Assembly (NCBI RefSeq): GCF_964355755.1
Contig: NC_092679.1
Coordinates: forward strand, 19,327,432-19,391,431
Reading direction: 5' to 3'
Length of the DNA: 64,000 nt
From: Antedon mediterranea
Taxonomy: Eukaryota; Animalia; Echinodermata
The translations under genes were made by a program, and so were the position numbers. How positions within the stretch are numbered: the stretch's first letter is position 1; each line of letters begins with the position of its first letter. This document shows, piece after piece, positions 26,273-39,300 of this stretch. Under the pieces are notes generated by a model. It ran no database searches. It saw only the letters and a program-made list of their open reading frames with translations, and was not told where the DNA came from.

Positions 26273-29200
26273 ATGATGGATGGACTACATTTTACTGAAG
26301 AGGATATCCGAGAACAGCTGGTGGCATTAGGCTACCAGAATATACCACCTTCTAGACTAAAAGAATTTGCAAGAGGTAAAATTTAAATCAGTTATTTCAG
26401 ATTGGTGACGTGATGCTGTCGTAATTTAATTATACAAATTTTCATGAGTACTGATATCAACATACCAGTGAACCCATGCACATTGCAAATCTTAACCCAA
26501 ATCGAAGTATGGGGATACACCCTCGTTGCTAGCCAGGGTTTGTTCTTTAAATGAACCCATTAACCTAAATATAATTATTTATAGGTACTGTAGGCCTACC
26601 GTATTGGTCCTTTAAATATCATGGAAATCACTGATGTTTGAAATATGTTATTTTGTGTAAAATTTATTCTGAAATATTTATATGAAGCTTAATATCTTGA
26701 TATTCATATTGCTATAACTTTTATTTACAGTATTGTATTGATTTTCATTATATTAAACAAATTTTGTTGATTTTTCTATATAGATTTAGAGAAATTGATT
26801 GAACAAGAACGCTCATATTCCAATACTTCATCATCTACTGCAGGAGGTAAGTCTTAATATTTAAAACAAAGAGAAACTTGTCATAAACAAATGAAATTCC
26901 AAAATTTGCTGTAAATTTTTTTCCAATGATGAAGTGTGTTCACAATTCATTTTTCACAATGCTGGTCTGTGTCTTCAATTATATCAATTTAACGCTAATT
27001 AAATACAGTGTCTCCCTCCTTTGCGACAAGCTTATTCAAAGGTGTAGGCTGGTTGCTGTCTTTTTGCGAAAATGGTAATCAGAGCTGCAGATCTTCATAA
27101 ATACTTTGAAAATGTCAGGCCTCTAGAGGCCTAATAATAAAGTAAACTCCCTCCAGCCTGCTATTTATGGAAAATATATGTTTTAACACTACTGTACGGC
27201 TAACCCCTATCAGGAAATACCGGTACCCTTGAGCAGATACTTGGTTGAGTCCCAAATGTGTCCCCTTAATAGGAGTTTGTACTGTTTTAATGGTGTAATT
27301 TTTTATTTACAGACACTGATGTACATGTAAGCTCTGCTACCGCAAGACAACCATTCAAGGCCAATACTAGTACTACACATGAGTACCAGCAAAACCCATC
27401 CACTGTGAGTATAAAGGTGGGTCAGCCAAACCTGTTCCACCCCAGTCTAAGGCCTGTTCAGACCTACAGAGTTATGCTTTTGTATCGTACAAATTCATAG
27501 GTCTGAACGACAGCTCAATGTACAAGATTAGTGAACGACGCTTACAATACGAAAGTCATGCATCAATAATTTTGACCTCTAACCAATCAAATTTACTCCT
27601 GCATACCAGATGTTTGTTTGCCTAAATTGGTGACACTTTTCAAACAGTTTCAAACGAAAGCGTTAGTTAAGCAAACCTGAATACTTTGCTGTTACGACGC
27701 TAATTATAATATGACATTGCTTGCGATACGAAAACATAACTCTATGGATCTGAACATACACTAAGTCCACTTAAAGCTTGTTTGATCAACTCAAAATATA
27801 AGTTTGTTTTTATCAATTTTTAAATGCATAATGCAATATTATATTTTCTTTAAAGAACTATCACTCACAGTATGGAAAGGAAAATGAACAAAAACCTGAT
27901 TATCAGCCCAAAGGTATCCTTAAAAAGGACCTTGCAAGACAAACAAGGAAACCCCCTATCTTACGTAAAGTTGTGAGGTACAGTATTATTTAGCATCTTT
28001 TCATTCTACTATTAAATAATTTATGCGTGCATGAACATACATTAGTATTGGAGAGTTTTTTGTACCAAAAAGTTATAAATATTTTTTTTTTTTGTAGAAA
28101 AAGAGATGGTAAAGCACAGGTATTTGATGAATCTACTACAGAAAGTGAAGCAGGTATATTTTTGAAATTTATTTATTTATTATATAATATATTATTTGTT
28201 TATTTCAGTAAACATATGATTTTTTTGTGACTAATTTAAACATTTTTTTTATTATTCTCCAAAGATGAAATGACTGCAATAAATGATCAGCTTGGGCGAC
28301 TCCCTCTTAACGATGCTGAGTCATATACTGAAACTGACACCGATACGTCAAGCATTATTCACGAAATATTCCCAAGAAGGCCACGTTCTTCACGCGATTT
28401 AGTAAGCTAATTTATTTAGTTTATTTCTTATATTAATTTATTAAGTCCATTGTTAAGCTCTGTCTACACTATCAAACTTTATGTGACAAAAAAGTGTGAT
28501 GTGCCCAAATATAATAGTGATACATCATGATGTCTATATATGGGCACATCACATTTTTTTGTCACATAAAGTTTGATAGTGTAGACAGAGCTTTAAGTGT
28601 TCTTCTAATATATATGATGTAGCCACTGACTTTCTAATTTCCTTCTCCTTAGTATTCACACAGACCATCTGGTGATGAAGAGGGCATATACAAACCACAT
28701 TTACCAAGATCTTGTAAGTCAACCTCTATTTGTTTAACCTGCTTCACACTAAAGTTCCTGCCAGTATAACCTGGAGAACACTTGAGTGTGAACTAGGCTG
28801 AAAGGCAATTTACACAGATGAGCGGTTCCGCTTTCCGTTACTGCTTGTCTGTGTAAATTGGCCTTTAAGATACAATTTTAAAGCAGTTTTATTATTTATA
28901 TATATATAAATATTATATATATATAAATATATTATATATATATATATTTACTACTTAAATTATTTTTCTAGTTATCCGGCCATCATCTGCACAATGTCAT
29001 TACAGACGAAACAATGTCAAGACAGATCCTGTGTCAAGGTAATATTTATTTATGATAATAAGAATCAAAAAGCACAATCAGCATGTTTTACTATATCTTA
29101 CCTTATGGAGTTGGGTAGCCGGATGGTTAGGACACTTGACTGTCATATAGAGAGATCCTGGCTCAATTCCCGACAACTCCCAGTCCACTAAGCTGTAAAT

Positions 29201-29927
29201 GAGTACCTGGTTGAAAATACTAGGTAGAAAAAATTTGGCGTGGAAAGGAACTGGCCACCCTACCACATAATGCCGAAACTTAGTAACATGACCTCCTAAC
29301 AGCTCATTCCCCTAAATGGAATACGGGACTTTATACCTTATGGCCAAAGAAAATGGTGTATACTTTAAAAAATGTATCTTAAGATCTGTCTACACTATCA
29401 AACTTTATGTTACAAAAAATGTGTTGTGCCCATATATGGACATGATTATGTCATATCACTACCATATTTGGTTATATCACTACCATATTTGATCACACAC
29501 TTTTTTATCAAACAAGTTTGATAGTGTAGACAGAGCTTAAAAGTTAGTTTCTTTTTTTTTTTTTTTCAAGACATCAAATGTACCAGAGTGAATGGCATTC
29601 CAGAAAAGTTCCTGGTGAAAAGAACCGGAAAGACCTAAGATGGAACATTAGGGTAAGCCATTATAAATTTGTACCCACAATTTATATGAAAAGGGAAAGG
29701 TTCAGATATTTTTTATCAATGAGATATATTTTTATTATATTGGGCAAATAATTCTTCTTGGTCTTTTAGTGCTGTGAGACGTCAGTAAATAGCGCTTTAT
29801 AAAAGTTGATTAAATATTAGTTATTATGAAAATGTCTATAAAACGTTATTACAGAACCTCTCCTATGGGTCACCCATATTAAAGAAATACTTTCATGGTT
29901 GGGAGGGGGTAAAGTGTGGGATTTATA

Positions 29928-29967
<40 letters not shown>

Positions 29968-30307
29968 GGCAACATCCTATTAGGGAAACATTTTGTTTGG
30001 TCCCGAATCCTCTACTACTGTAATTATCATTATTGTTAGTGAATAAGTATAATTTTATTCATTCAATAATATATGTATATAACTAACTTACATGTTGTGA
30101 ACTACAGTAGCTTTACATTTCAATTTACAGGAACGAATGATGTACAAAGATGACCCAGTTCTACCAAAAAATCAGACAAGAGTTTATGTTCCCAACTCCT
30201 ACCAAGTACCAACCGAAAAGAAACGACAAGCCCTTCGTTGGGCGGTTAGGACAGATTTAGCTAACAGACAAATGCCCCAGCCAGCTTCTGCAGCCTTCCA
30301 ATTGTAA
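26273..30307 (+). CDS. HYLS1: Hydrolethalus syndrome protein 1 homolog (centriole/ciliogenesis), 319 aa
   Basis: join(26273..26375,26784..26846,27313..27404,27856..27977,28098..28153,28265..28401,28653..28713,28972..29038,29571..29652,30131..30307), 960 nt, frame-consistent. C-terminal HYLS1 box KTDPVSRHQMYQSEW...PGEKNRKDLRWNIRERM...YVPNSYQVPTEKKRQALRWAVRTDLA. Almost entirely missed by the ORF track. Confidence 0.92.
27450..27762. mobile_element. MITE with imperfect TIRs in HYLS1 intron
   Basis: TGTTCAGACCTACAGAGTTATGCTTTTGTATCG ... CGATACGAAAACATAACTCTATGGATCTGAACA. Confidence 0.6.
28456..28592. mobile_element. PIF/Harbinger-type MITE, family A (cleanest copy)
   Basis: TTA|AGCTCTGTCTACACTATCAAACTTTATGTGACAAAAAA...TTTTTTGTCACATAAAGTTTGATAGTGTAGACAGAGCT|TTA; 3-bp TTA TSD. 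Confidence 0.88.
29105..29340 (+). mobile_element. Degenerate tRNA-derived SINE
   Basis: A-box-like TAGCCGGATGGTTAGG, B-box-like GGCTCAATTCC, then CCACTAAGCTGTAAATGAGTACC central motif and GGAACTGGCCACCCTACC. Confidence 0.6.
29382..29537. mobile_element. PIF/Harbinger-type MITE, family A
   Basis: Same TIRs, with an internal 22-bp duplication (TATCACTACCATATTTG). Confidence 0.8.
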
Positions 30308-31754
30308 AGTTATCTAGAATTCTAGAGTTATATTTAACAAAATATGCTATAATACAATGTTTTCTACTTGGCCTTGTGTTGTATACGTACGTCCAGGTAC
30401 GAACCGATTGGGCAGTAAATACAGATTTAGTTCAGTCAAAATGCCCCAGCCAGCTTCTACAGGCTTGCAATTTTAAAGGCAGAGTTCAATTTAACAAAAT
30501 ATGCTATAATACAATATTTTCTACGTGGCCTTATGTTGTATGCTCCCAGATACCAACCGATTGGACAGTAAAGACCGATTTGCAGATCTAAATACAGAGT
30601 TATATTTATCAACTAAATATATAATAATGTTTGGCCTTGATTTGTATTGGTTGCTTCCAGGTATCCACTGATAAAAAGGGAAGTGCATTAGCAGTTAGCT
30701 TGTAGATAAATAATCTGCTCTTAATCTGACCAGGGAGTTGTAATAACAACTCCCTGATCTGACAGTCTTGTATAGACAATACGTCTTTGTTCTTCAATCA
30801 CATCTTTGTTTAAGTTGATACCTATAAAAAATATATTGTGTGATGATAGATTTATTATAAATTGTATATAAATTGACAATTGAGATTTCCTCAATGTGTT
30901 TGTATGTGTTTGAGTACTGTAGTTAAAACTAAAGTGCTGTATGTATTTTGATTTTTGTATTACTGTGCATCTCTCATTTACATATTTTGTAGTGTGGGAT
31001 TTGTTACTATATTCTGTAGTGTACTAACATAGTTTTTCTAAATAAAAAATATTTTTCAACTAAATAGAAATTTTAGTTAATTTGTATGTTAATATATAAA
31101 CTCTCCCAATACCAGACTTTTTGGAAAACAATACATATTTGGCCAGCCAAATGGTGTTCGGTATTGGGAGAGTTGACAGTATATAATTCAATTTGTATCA
31201 GCAAATTATAACCTGTTGTGTATGACATATGATAATGTACTTCAAGAAAAAACAACACGAAAACAAATTTCCCTTCCAATTACTACAATTATAATTAATG
31301 TTTAAAAAAGCAAACTTTAAAATATACAGTATGATAAAATATAGAGTATGAGAAAACTTAAATTGCATATACATATTTATAAAATAAAATAAAGCTCTGT
31401 ATACACTAGTCAACTAGTTTGACAAAAAAGTGTGATAAACTCAAATATAATAACGATATAACATCATCATGTCCATATATGGGTACATCACATCTTTTGT
31501 CACATAAAGTTAGACAGAGCTTTATACCTCTTTCACGTTGCTTTGCAAACCTTTGGAGTTTACACAATGAGGCACCAACACAGGTGTTTTTTTAATGGTA
31601 TTTGCCAGTGTGTGTTTAAACTGGAGTTTTGTTAAGCAATGTGAAAGGGGTAACTGCCAATGCTATTCTAAACCTGTTATACATTATGCATGCATTGCTT
31701 AAAAAACTGCATGTAAAAGCCTGTTTTCCATTAGTTTGTTTGTTTTATCTTTAT

Positions 31755-32044
31755 ACTGGGTGACCTCTTCAGTCAAAGACTGATCTCCCAGAGGGCCCAG
31801 TTGGTGATCAGTGGCTGTGATGTACTAATACACCGGGGTAACCCTCTACTCGTCTCGAAAGATGTACTAGGTTCTTTAAAGTGCACACGAGCAAGTTGTG
31901 TACACTGGACCTACGGTTTATAGTCCTTATCCGAGAAGACCCGTTCTACCACCAGAACCATGGAGTGAGTGAGCCTCGAACCCCTGCTGATGTTATGGCT
32001 ACGTGATTACGGTTCCACTGTCTTAACCGCTCGGCCACTCACTC
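31755..32044 (-). mobile_element. tRNA-derived SINE with Deu/Nin-like central domain
   Basis: Minus strand GAGTGAGTGGCCGAGCGGTTAAGAC (A box)...GGTTCGAGGC (B box), then GTCTTCTCGGATAAGGACTATAAACCGTAGGTCC...TTTAAAGAACCTAGTACATCTTTCGAGACGAGTAGAGGGTTACCCCGGTGT, resembling the recalled DeuSINE domain. Confidence 0.75.
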
Positions 32045-33211
32045 ATTAGCAAATGTATTCACACAAAAACTATCATTCCTGAGTTGTGATTGGTTGCACA
32101 TTTTTGTTCACGTCACAAAAAGTAAGATAAAAATATTAATATGCATTCCTTAGTGAAAACTTTCATTTTGCGCCAACCATTTTGCATAGTGGAAAACTGG
32201 CGAAATTTGGGGGATGCTATAATGACCATATAAGGAAGCAATGTTATGGAAATCTTAATGGTTTTCTACTCTAGTTACTGCAGTAAATTAAATGTATTCT
32301 ACTCTAGCTATTCCCGTAAAACTTAAATCAAGGCCTACTGAAATTAAATTACTGTAACAGAGTACAATTATTAATACTCAATAAAATTAATATATTCTCT
32401 GTGTAAATACAATTTTTGTTAAATATATAGTTTCATTTTCAAACAATGTAAAAAAATTAAATAATGCAATTGGAAAAAATGATTGTTATATCTTAAATTA
32501 GAAAAAAAGTAAAAGTATTGCACTAAAACCGGAATGATTGCTATTTACAATATTTTTGATAGCTTTTTTAACCTGTATCGTTCAGTTTCTATAGACGTAT
32601 GGCTATTAACACTCGGCGAACAGATTTTATGTGCAAGGGTACTCTCGATTACAGGATGTCCATATTTAATATATATAATTATTATTTTACATACATTTAT
32701 GTAGTCTAGGTTTTAAACAGCGATTCAGCTTAATAAAAAGATAAACATTTTTGCACATATGGCATGTCATACATGTACTTAAGCTGGAACAGACAAAAAT
32801 TTCAAAACATGATCCACTGTTGACAATAACTACAGAAGTCTCACACTTCTGGGAAACCTCTGATAAGAATAATACATGAACATTTTGGCAGCGTAATGGT
32901 ATGATAAACATAGTCCTTTAGTATATAATGAAAATTATTGAACCAATTGTAGTTTGAATTTTTAGTCTGGCTTTAGTAGTTAAAAATAAAATATTGACTT
33001 TGTTTCAGCGAATAAGATATACACTTTTACTGTACATGTTACTTTTACATTAACTTTTAACGAACACACCATAAACAGCAACCATATTTTGGTTAATGAA
33101 CTTGTGAACTAGTGAATAATGCATAGGATTGTTGAGATTTAATTAAGGCAGAAATTATGAGAAATTACTCCGGAAATGTTTGGAATTGTTGGGGAATGAA
33201 GTAAAAACCTA

Positions 33212-33359
33212 AGCCTTGTCTACACTATCAAACTTTATGTGACAAATGTGATGAGCCTATACTGTATATAGACATGATGATGTCACATCACTACCATATT
33301 TGGGAATCAGTACCATATTTGGGCACATCACACTTTTTTGTGATAGTGTAGACAGAGCT
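33212..33359. mobile_element. PIF/Harbinger-type MITE, family A, abutting the TECPR2 stop codon
   Basis: AGCCTTGTCTACACTATCAAAC...GATAGTGTAGACAGAGCT followed by TTA (33360-33362), which is the TECPR2 TAA on the minus strand. Confidence 0.8.
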
Positions 33360-36300
33360 TTAGATTACATCCCATTCTTCCTCTTCCATTATCTTGGTAT
33401 GTTCTAGGTCATCTACACCACGGTTAAACATCTTAACACACTGCTGGTAAATGTGCCCATTAACATCAATCGACCACAGTTCATCATTTTGACTCACTAA
33501 AACAAGAAAATTACCAATTAACTATGAAAATAATTATAATAATGTCAATATAGTCAATCTAAAGCTCTATCTACACTGTGATGTGCCAAAATATGGTAAT
33601 ATGACATCATCGTGCACATAAATGGGCATTTATTTGTCCCATAATGTTTGGTAGTGTAGACAGAGCTTTATATGTAGCACTTTAATGCCCACAGTTTAAA
33701 GTGCTTCACATTACCTTCATTTGATAGGACATGCATGGACAGCCATATTAACAAACAGGAAAACAAAGAAATAATTCAAATATAATATAATAAGTAATTA
33801 CCAGAGATATATGAAAAATTGCCAGGAATTTTTTTCCAGTAGTCACCCAGTGGATTTCTCTCTGTGATTCCATAGCGACGTGCGACATCACCATTTGGAC
33901 AAAGAGCCCAGACCGTCTCAGAGCTGACACACAGTTGGTTAGCTGGTGTTCCTAAATAGAAATATAACACCTTATAATTTTTGCCATTTTACAATTTAAC
34001 ATTTAGTTTTAAAATAGAAATTGTATTGTCTTTTCATTTAGTATAATGCATGGTTGACTCCATGGTTTTGGTGGTGGAACAATTCTTCTCGGATAAGGAC
34101 TATAAACCGTAGGTCCACTCTACACACATGGCCTGTGTGCACTTTCGAGATGAATAGGGGGATACTCCGGTGTACTATTTCACACACTCAGACACCGTCA
34201 CACACAGTCACTACTTAAAAGTATGCCTTTTAGTAATGCTCATATTAGGCATAGTTGCAAAATCTTCAGCTTCTTGAAGGCAGCAACCTAATAGAAGAGG
34301 TTGAACAACAACAACACCTCGCAGCGATCTACTCCCATTGCTCGTATATAAATACCAAGAAGCTTGATTGCCTAATGTGAAAGATTTGGATAACATTGAA
34401 GAAGAAGATTGAGTTAATAAAAAAAAAGAATATTAAAATATCACATACCTTGAACAATTTCCCATTTTAAACCAATTGGCAAGAGCTCAGATATTCCCCC
34501 TCTTGCATACACGTTTTTCTTATTGTCTAAGGCCCAAACAATGTTGTCGCTAGGCCCAACATAGACGTTAGTGAAGTAGGTGCCGTTGCCTGCAGGTTTG
34601 CCATCCACTAGCACCCAGGCAGGGACCATGGTGTCATTTCGAGGCATACATAGGCCTAGCCTAAAGTAGATAGCACCCTCATCATCACAAGCCCATACAG
34701 CTATGGAGCCGCAACTGAGGTGAACCACTTTGTTTGATCCTAAAAAAATTAAACACAGATTTTTATCAACTATGGCTAAACAAATGTATACAGCACTCAA
34801 CAAAATTCAAGAGTTTGGTTTTATTCAATCTTATTTATTTATGACCAGACCAGTGAACCGCCTATGCTGACAATCAAGGGGCCCTCATGATGAGTTATAA
34901 CTGTCTGTGTGTAACAGTGGTTGCACTGTATCAACCGCTTGAACACTCACACCCTTGGCAAAGAGCTACAAATAAAGAACAAAGCAAGTAATATACTTGG
35001 AAAATGATTTGCAAGAATTTTGCATAAAGGTTAGACATACTGAGTTGAGACAGATTCAATGTTTTCCATTTCAGGCCCTGAGGATGCCTCTCCGAAATGC
35101 CATCTCGCACATACACGGTGTTACTTTCCCCGATTGCCCACAAACCATAGGCTGAGCTGCTAAGGTAGGTTAGGTTATCTTTGATGGTAGGAGGTTCCAC
35201 TAGGGATGGCCGCAGGGTATCGGAAGGAAAACAAAACACCTCTCCACTTTTCTGTAGAGTCCAAACCATACCTATATATAGAAGAGCAATTAATAAGAAG
35301 TGTACAGTTTTGGTATTTTTGTGTTGCTGTGTATTGACCTATCACAATCAACAGCTCTTCCACTGTTCCTCTACATGTAAGAACCAACTCTTGTGATTGG
35401 TCAAATCATTTTGCACAATTGCACAGGCTTAAACTGAAATAAGGTATTTTATGTTTGTTTTAATTAATTTTAACAAGGCTTACCACTTGTCGCATAGGTC
35501 CCTGATGCAGAAATACACAGCCATTGAATGGACTGGGATAATCCATGGGGAGACACCACATTCCAATAGTGTCCTAAAAATAAACAACAAATGGAATAAA
35601 CGACATGTCTGAACAAGAATTGATACAATAAAATGAAAAATGTGTAGGCCTACCAATGAGGTTTCCTTTTGAAGCATACAGAGAGCTCTTGTCATGCCCA
35701 GAGCCGACCACCCAAACTCCTGCACTGCTTGCGCCAACCAGCATCGGCCTAGGTTGATGCTGTACTTTCAAATGATGGCTCATTGTGTTGAATATTGTCT
35801 TGAAATAACTTTGATCTTGCATCAAGTACTGACTCATCGGGACCTGCGAAGAGATAAATAATAATTGGTTGGTTACGCATCATGTGTCATTTGAAATTAA
35901 GCCCTAACAAAAAAATCTAATCATTCAAACAAAATCTAATGGTGATAATGAACATGCTCTAAATGCACGTTCAACTTTTCTTTCTGTAAACATTTTGTCA
36001 TTTTTTGGCACGCTACGTTGTTGACTGATCGCATTTGGAAATCAACTTGTTGTTGAATGTTTTGTATTTGTTGAATGGAGAGAATATTTCATTCGTTGAA
36101 AAATTGACTGCTCTATTTGAAACTTGGCTCATGCCTCATTAAAACATTAAAAATAGAGCAGGCAATTTTTCAACAAATGAAATATTCTCACCATCCAACA
36201 TTCATATTTGTGTACTGATTACATATGAATGCTGAATTTTAAAAACAGTCCTATCTTGAATTGAGATTGTATGGATAAATCAGTTGAACAACTTATAACA

Positions 36301-39300
36301 ACTGACCTGCCACCAATGGTTAGTATCTCCTTGTGGCGTTTCCATAGTTACTCCAGTTTTGAACCAAACATTTCCATCTTGGTCAATAACCCAGCCAGTG
36401 TTTCTGCTATCAAGAGCAATACTTGCAACATCAAAACTAAAATAAGTACAAAAATAAGTTTAGATGACAATTTTTAAAATTACATTTCAGAACTATCTTA
36501 CTTGATTACAGCTATATTGTCCCACTAAAAAAATATGCCATTTTAATAACACAGTTATTCATTTTTAACCATTTATTTTAATAAGTGAAAACCTTTTTTT
36601 CTAAAGAAGTGATTAACTTTATTAAAAATGCAAAATAGTCTATTCAAAGTCTGATTTTATTAATGCTTATTTTTCATGTTTTTGAAAGACAATACATCTT
36701 TAAACTTTCGTGTTATATTTTGCAGTGAAATATTTAGATTACTGTAAAACACCAAATAGTAAATAATTTAGATTTCAAAAAGGGTGGAGTGAGCACCTCA
36801 AGTGGATGTTGCACTGTGTAACACAAAAAATAAAAAATAGGATATGATCAGCATTGGTTGCTAATTTTCAATTAATTATTGAACTAAACTGAAACATGCA
36901 GACGTACCTTTGGTTGTCAAACTGCACCCACTGGTTCCCAATTTGTTTGGTAGCTGTAATACCCAGTCTATAAACAATCGTTCCGTCCATGACACGACCC
37001 CATGCTACCCCTCGACTTGTTACGACTTGGTCCATTTTGGTCTGAAAAGAGCTTGAAACCTTTATGCTTCGTGAACATACCCGGTCACGACTCAAGTTCT
37101 GTTGAACATAAACATCATGGTTAGTTTTAACAATCCATGCTATATTCTCATCCAGTGAAACATAACGAACATCGTTGCAAGCCGGTGCCCATTTAGAGCC
37201 GATAGGAGACCGTGGCGTGATAGGAGCACTTGCGTACGCTATTCCTGTTTTCCGATGCACTCGCCAAACAATGCTTTCTGTATGCGATACCGCCATTTGT
37301 TGTGCCGATTCACGTAATTTATCCCATTTATTTTTACTTCCGTTGATAAGTTTAAAATGTACTTTATCATGATTGTCCACGAACCATATGTGTTTATCGG
37401 AGATGATTAATTGCGTTATGACCCCAGGGGTGTCACATTGTACCCAGCTACCTGCTACCTTTTGCTGAATTCCTTCAGGAATGTTCAAGTCCTCTTTAGA
37501 CATTTCAGATTCTTGGCTTTCAGAGCTTTCTGAAATTACATCAGCATCATGTACAATTTCAAGTGATTTAGAAGAATCTAGGGATTTTGGCTGATTGTAA
37601 ATATCATAAATGTCAGCGTCGCCAGGCTCTGCGGGAAGATTATTCTCCTTCAAGCTATGAATTTCATCTGACGACGTCCCATTTTCATAAAACGCACAAG
37701 GATCTGAAACATCTGGACTTTGTGGGTAACCATTATGGTTCATAAGATTATCCTCACAAGAACCAGGCTTCGAAGTCAGACTTCCTATATCCGAACCTAT
37801 TGCATTGTCTTCTTTCGATAAATCATTAACATTAACTAAATTGTTGCCATATTTGTCATCATAACCAATATCATTAATATCACCAATATGGAATGGTTCA
37901 ATGGAATTTTGTGATGGTTGAATATTACTATGGAATGGTTCAACATAATTACGGGATGTTTGAATTTTACTATGGGATGCATCAGTACTACAAGGTGGTA
38001 TAGCATTAAATAACTGATCAGTATTATCAAATTGAACATTTTCATTCTGTTCACGAGATGTAACATTTCCCCTTTCATAAATCTCTCCGGATGTTGATAC
38101 ATTTATTGAATCATCCTGTGGCAATAACTGATCTTCATCAACTTCTTGTGTTCTCGGTGAAGTTCCAATCTCTGGCGACGTTATTGGAAAATCAGACAAA
38201 GAGGATTTATCATCCTTTTTCTTGTCTGTAAAAAAAGAAAAAAAAATATCGAAAATAGGAATGGTGGAATAAAAGTATGTCTGTGGTTGTGGACAGAGGA
38301 ATGGCGTTTTGGTGGAGGACACAAACGGAGTAGCATCTGTGTTACATTTGTCACATGGATGTCACATGTCATGAAGATGCAGATAGACTACTATATTGCT
38401 GTATAGATTATTTTATGCTTTTTTTTATTTAAATTGAGTCAAGTTGAGTCAGAAAGCAGTTAACTTTTACAAATACAGCATTTGCTTCTTTCTTTTTTAA
38501 TTGACTCTTTAAACCAATTTACCTTTTTTTTTTTTCTTCTTTTTCTTTTTATGACCATCATAAACAAGGTCTTCTTCAAATTTTTCAGTTGAAATTTCGT
38601 CAAAATTATTCACTCTAGTGCTGCTATCATCCACTGCATCTTTACCCACATTTGCATCAGCAGTAGGGAACTGGTTGCCAAGAGAGCTTTCATTTACTTT
38701 ATGGTTCTCTTCCGCTTCTTTCAGAGCTGCAAGGACATCCACAGAGAGGTCGGCTGCAGGAGTTTTTGGTGCAGATTGTCCAGATGTCGATTCCTTTCTA
38801 TTTGGAGTCGGCGAAGGCTTTGGAGAAGGCTTTGGAGATGCCTTCGGAGATTGCTTAAATTTTAGTTCAAGTTTTTCAAGATTGTCTTTTGTCTTCTTTG
38901 CATTGTTGGCGATCCCGTCTACAGCCTTGTCAAAGAATTGGAGAACTTTAGATTTCTGTTCTGAATCAGTTTGATGTTCTTGCGATTCTTCTTTTGCTCT
39001 TCTTTCCTCATTCTGTTTCTGAAGAATTTGAAGTTCTTCCATTGTAAATTGTGTATGATCTATAATAAATAGCATTGTAAAGATGACATCCAACAAGGGA
39101 CAAAAAGAAAATGAATGAGGGCTAATGTAAAAATGCATAAAGAAGTTAGGATTAAAAATGGACTTACAATTTTGTTCAGAACTTTAAGCCTCTAACAGAG
39201 ATCATTACCACTTTTGCTTTTTGCTTATGTTGTATAAAATATATCCATCAAGTATCGTGGTCACAACTGGTGTATAATGTATATGAAACAACTATTTTTG

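Noticed and set aside
28800-28866. 65-bp hairpin as a possible pre-miRNA (also 4489-4589)
   Set aside because: Termini look like tiny TIR-element derivatives in a MITE-rich genome; cannot be called a miRNA without small-RNA data.
38618-38974. 118-aa + strand ORF and similar antisense ORFs (5522, 8188, 24551, 37175, 40228, 61782)
   Set aside because: Shadows of real minus-strand exons; no independent splice or homology evidence.
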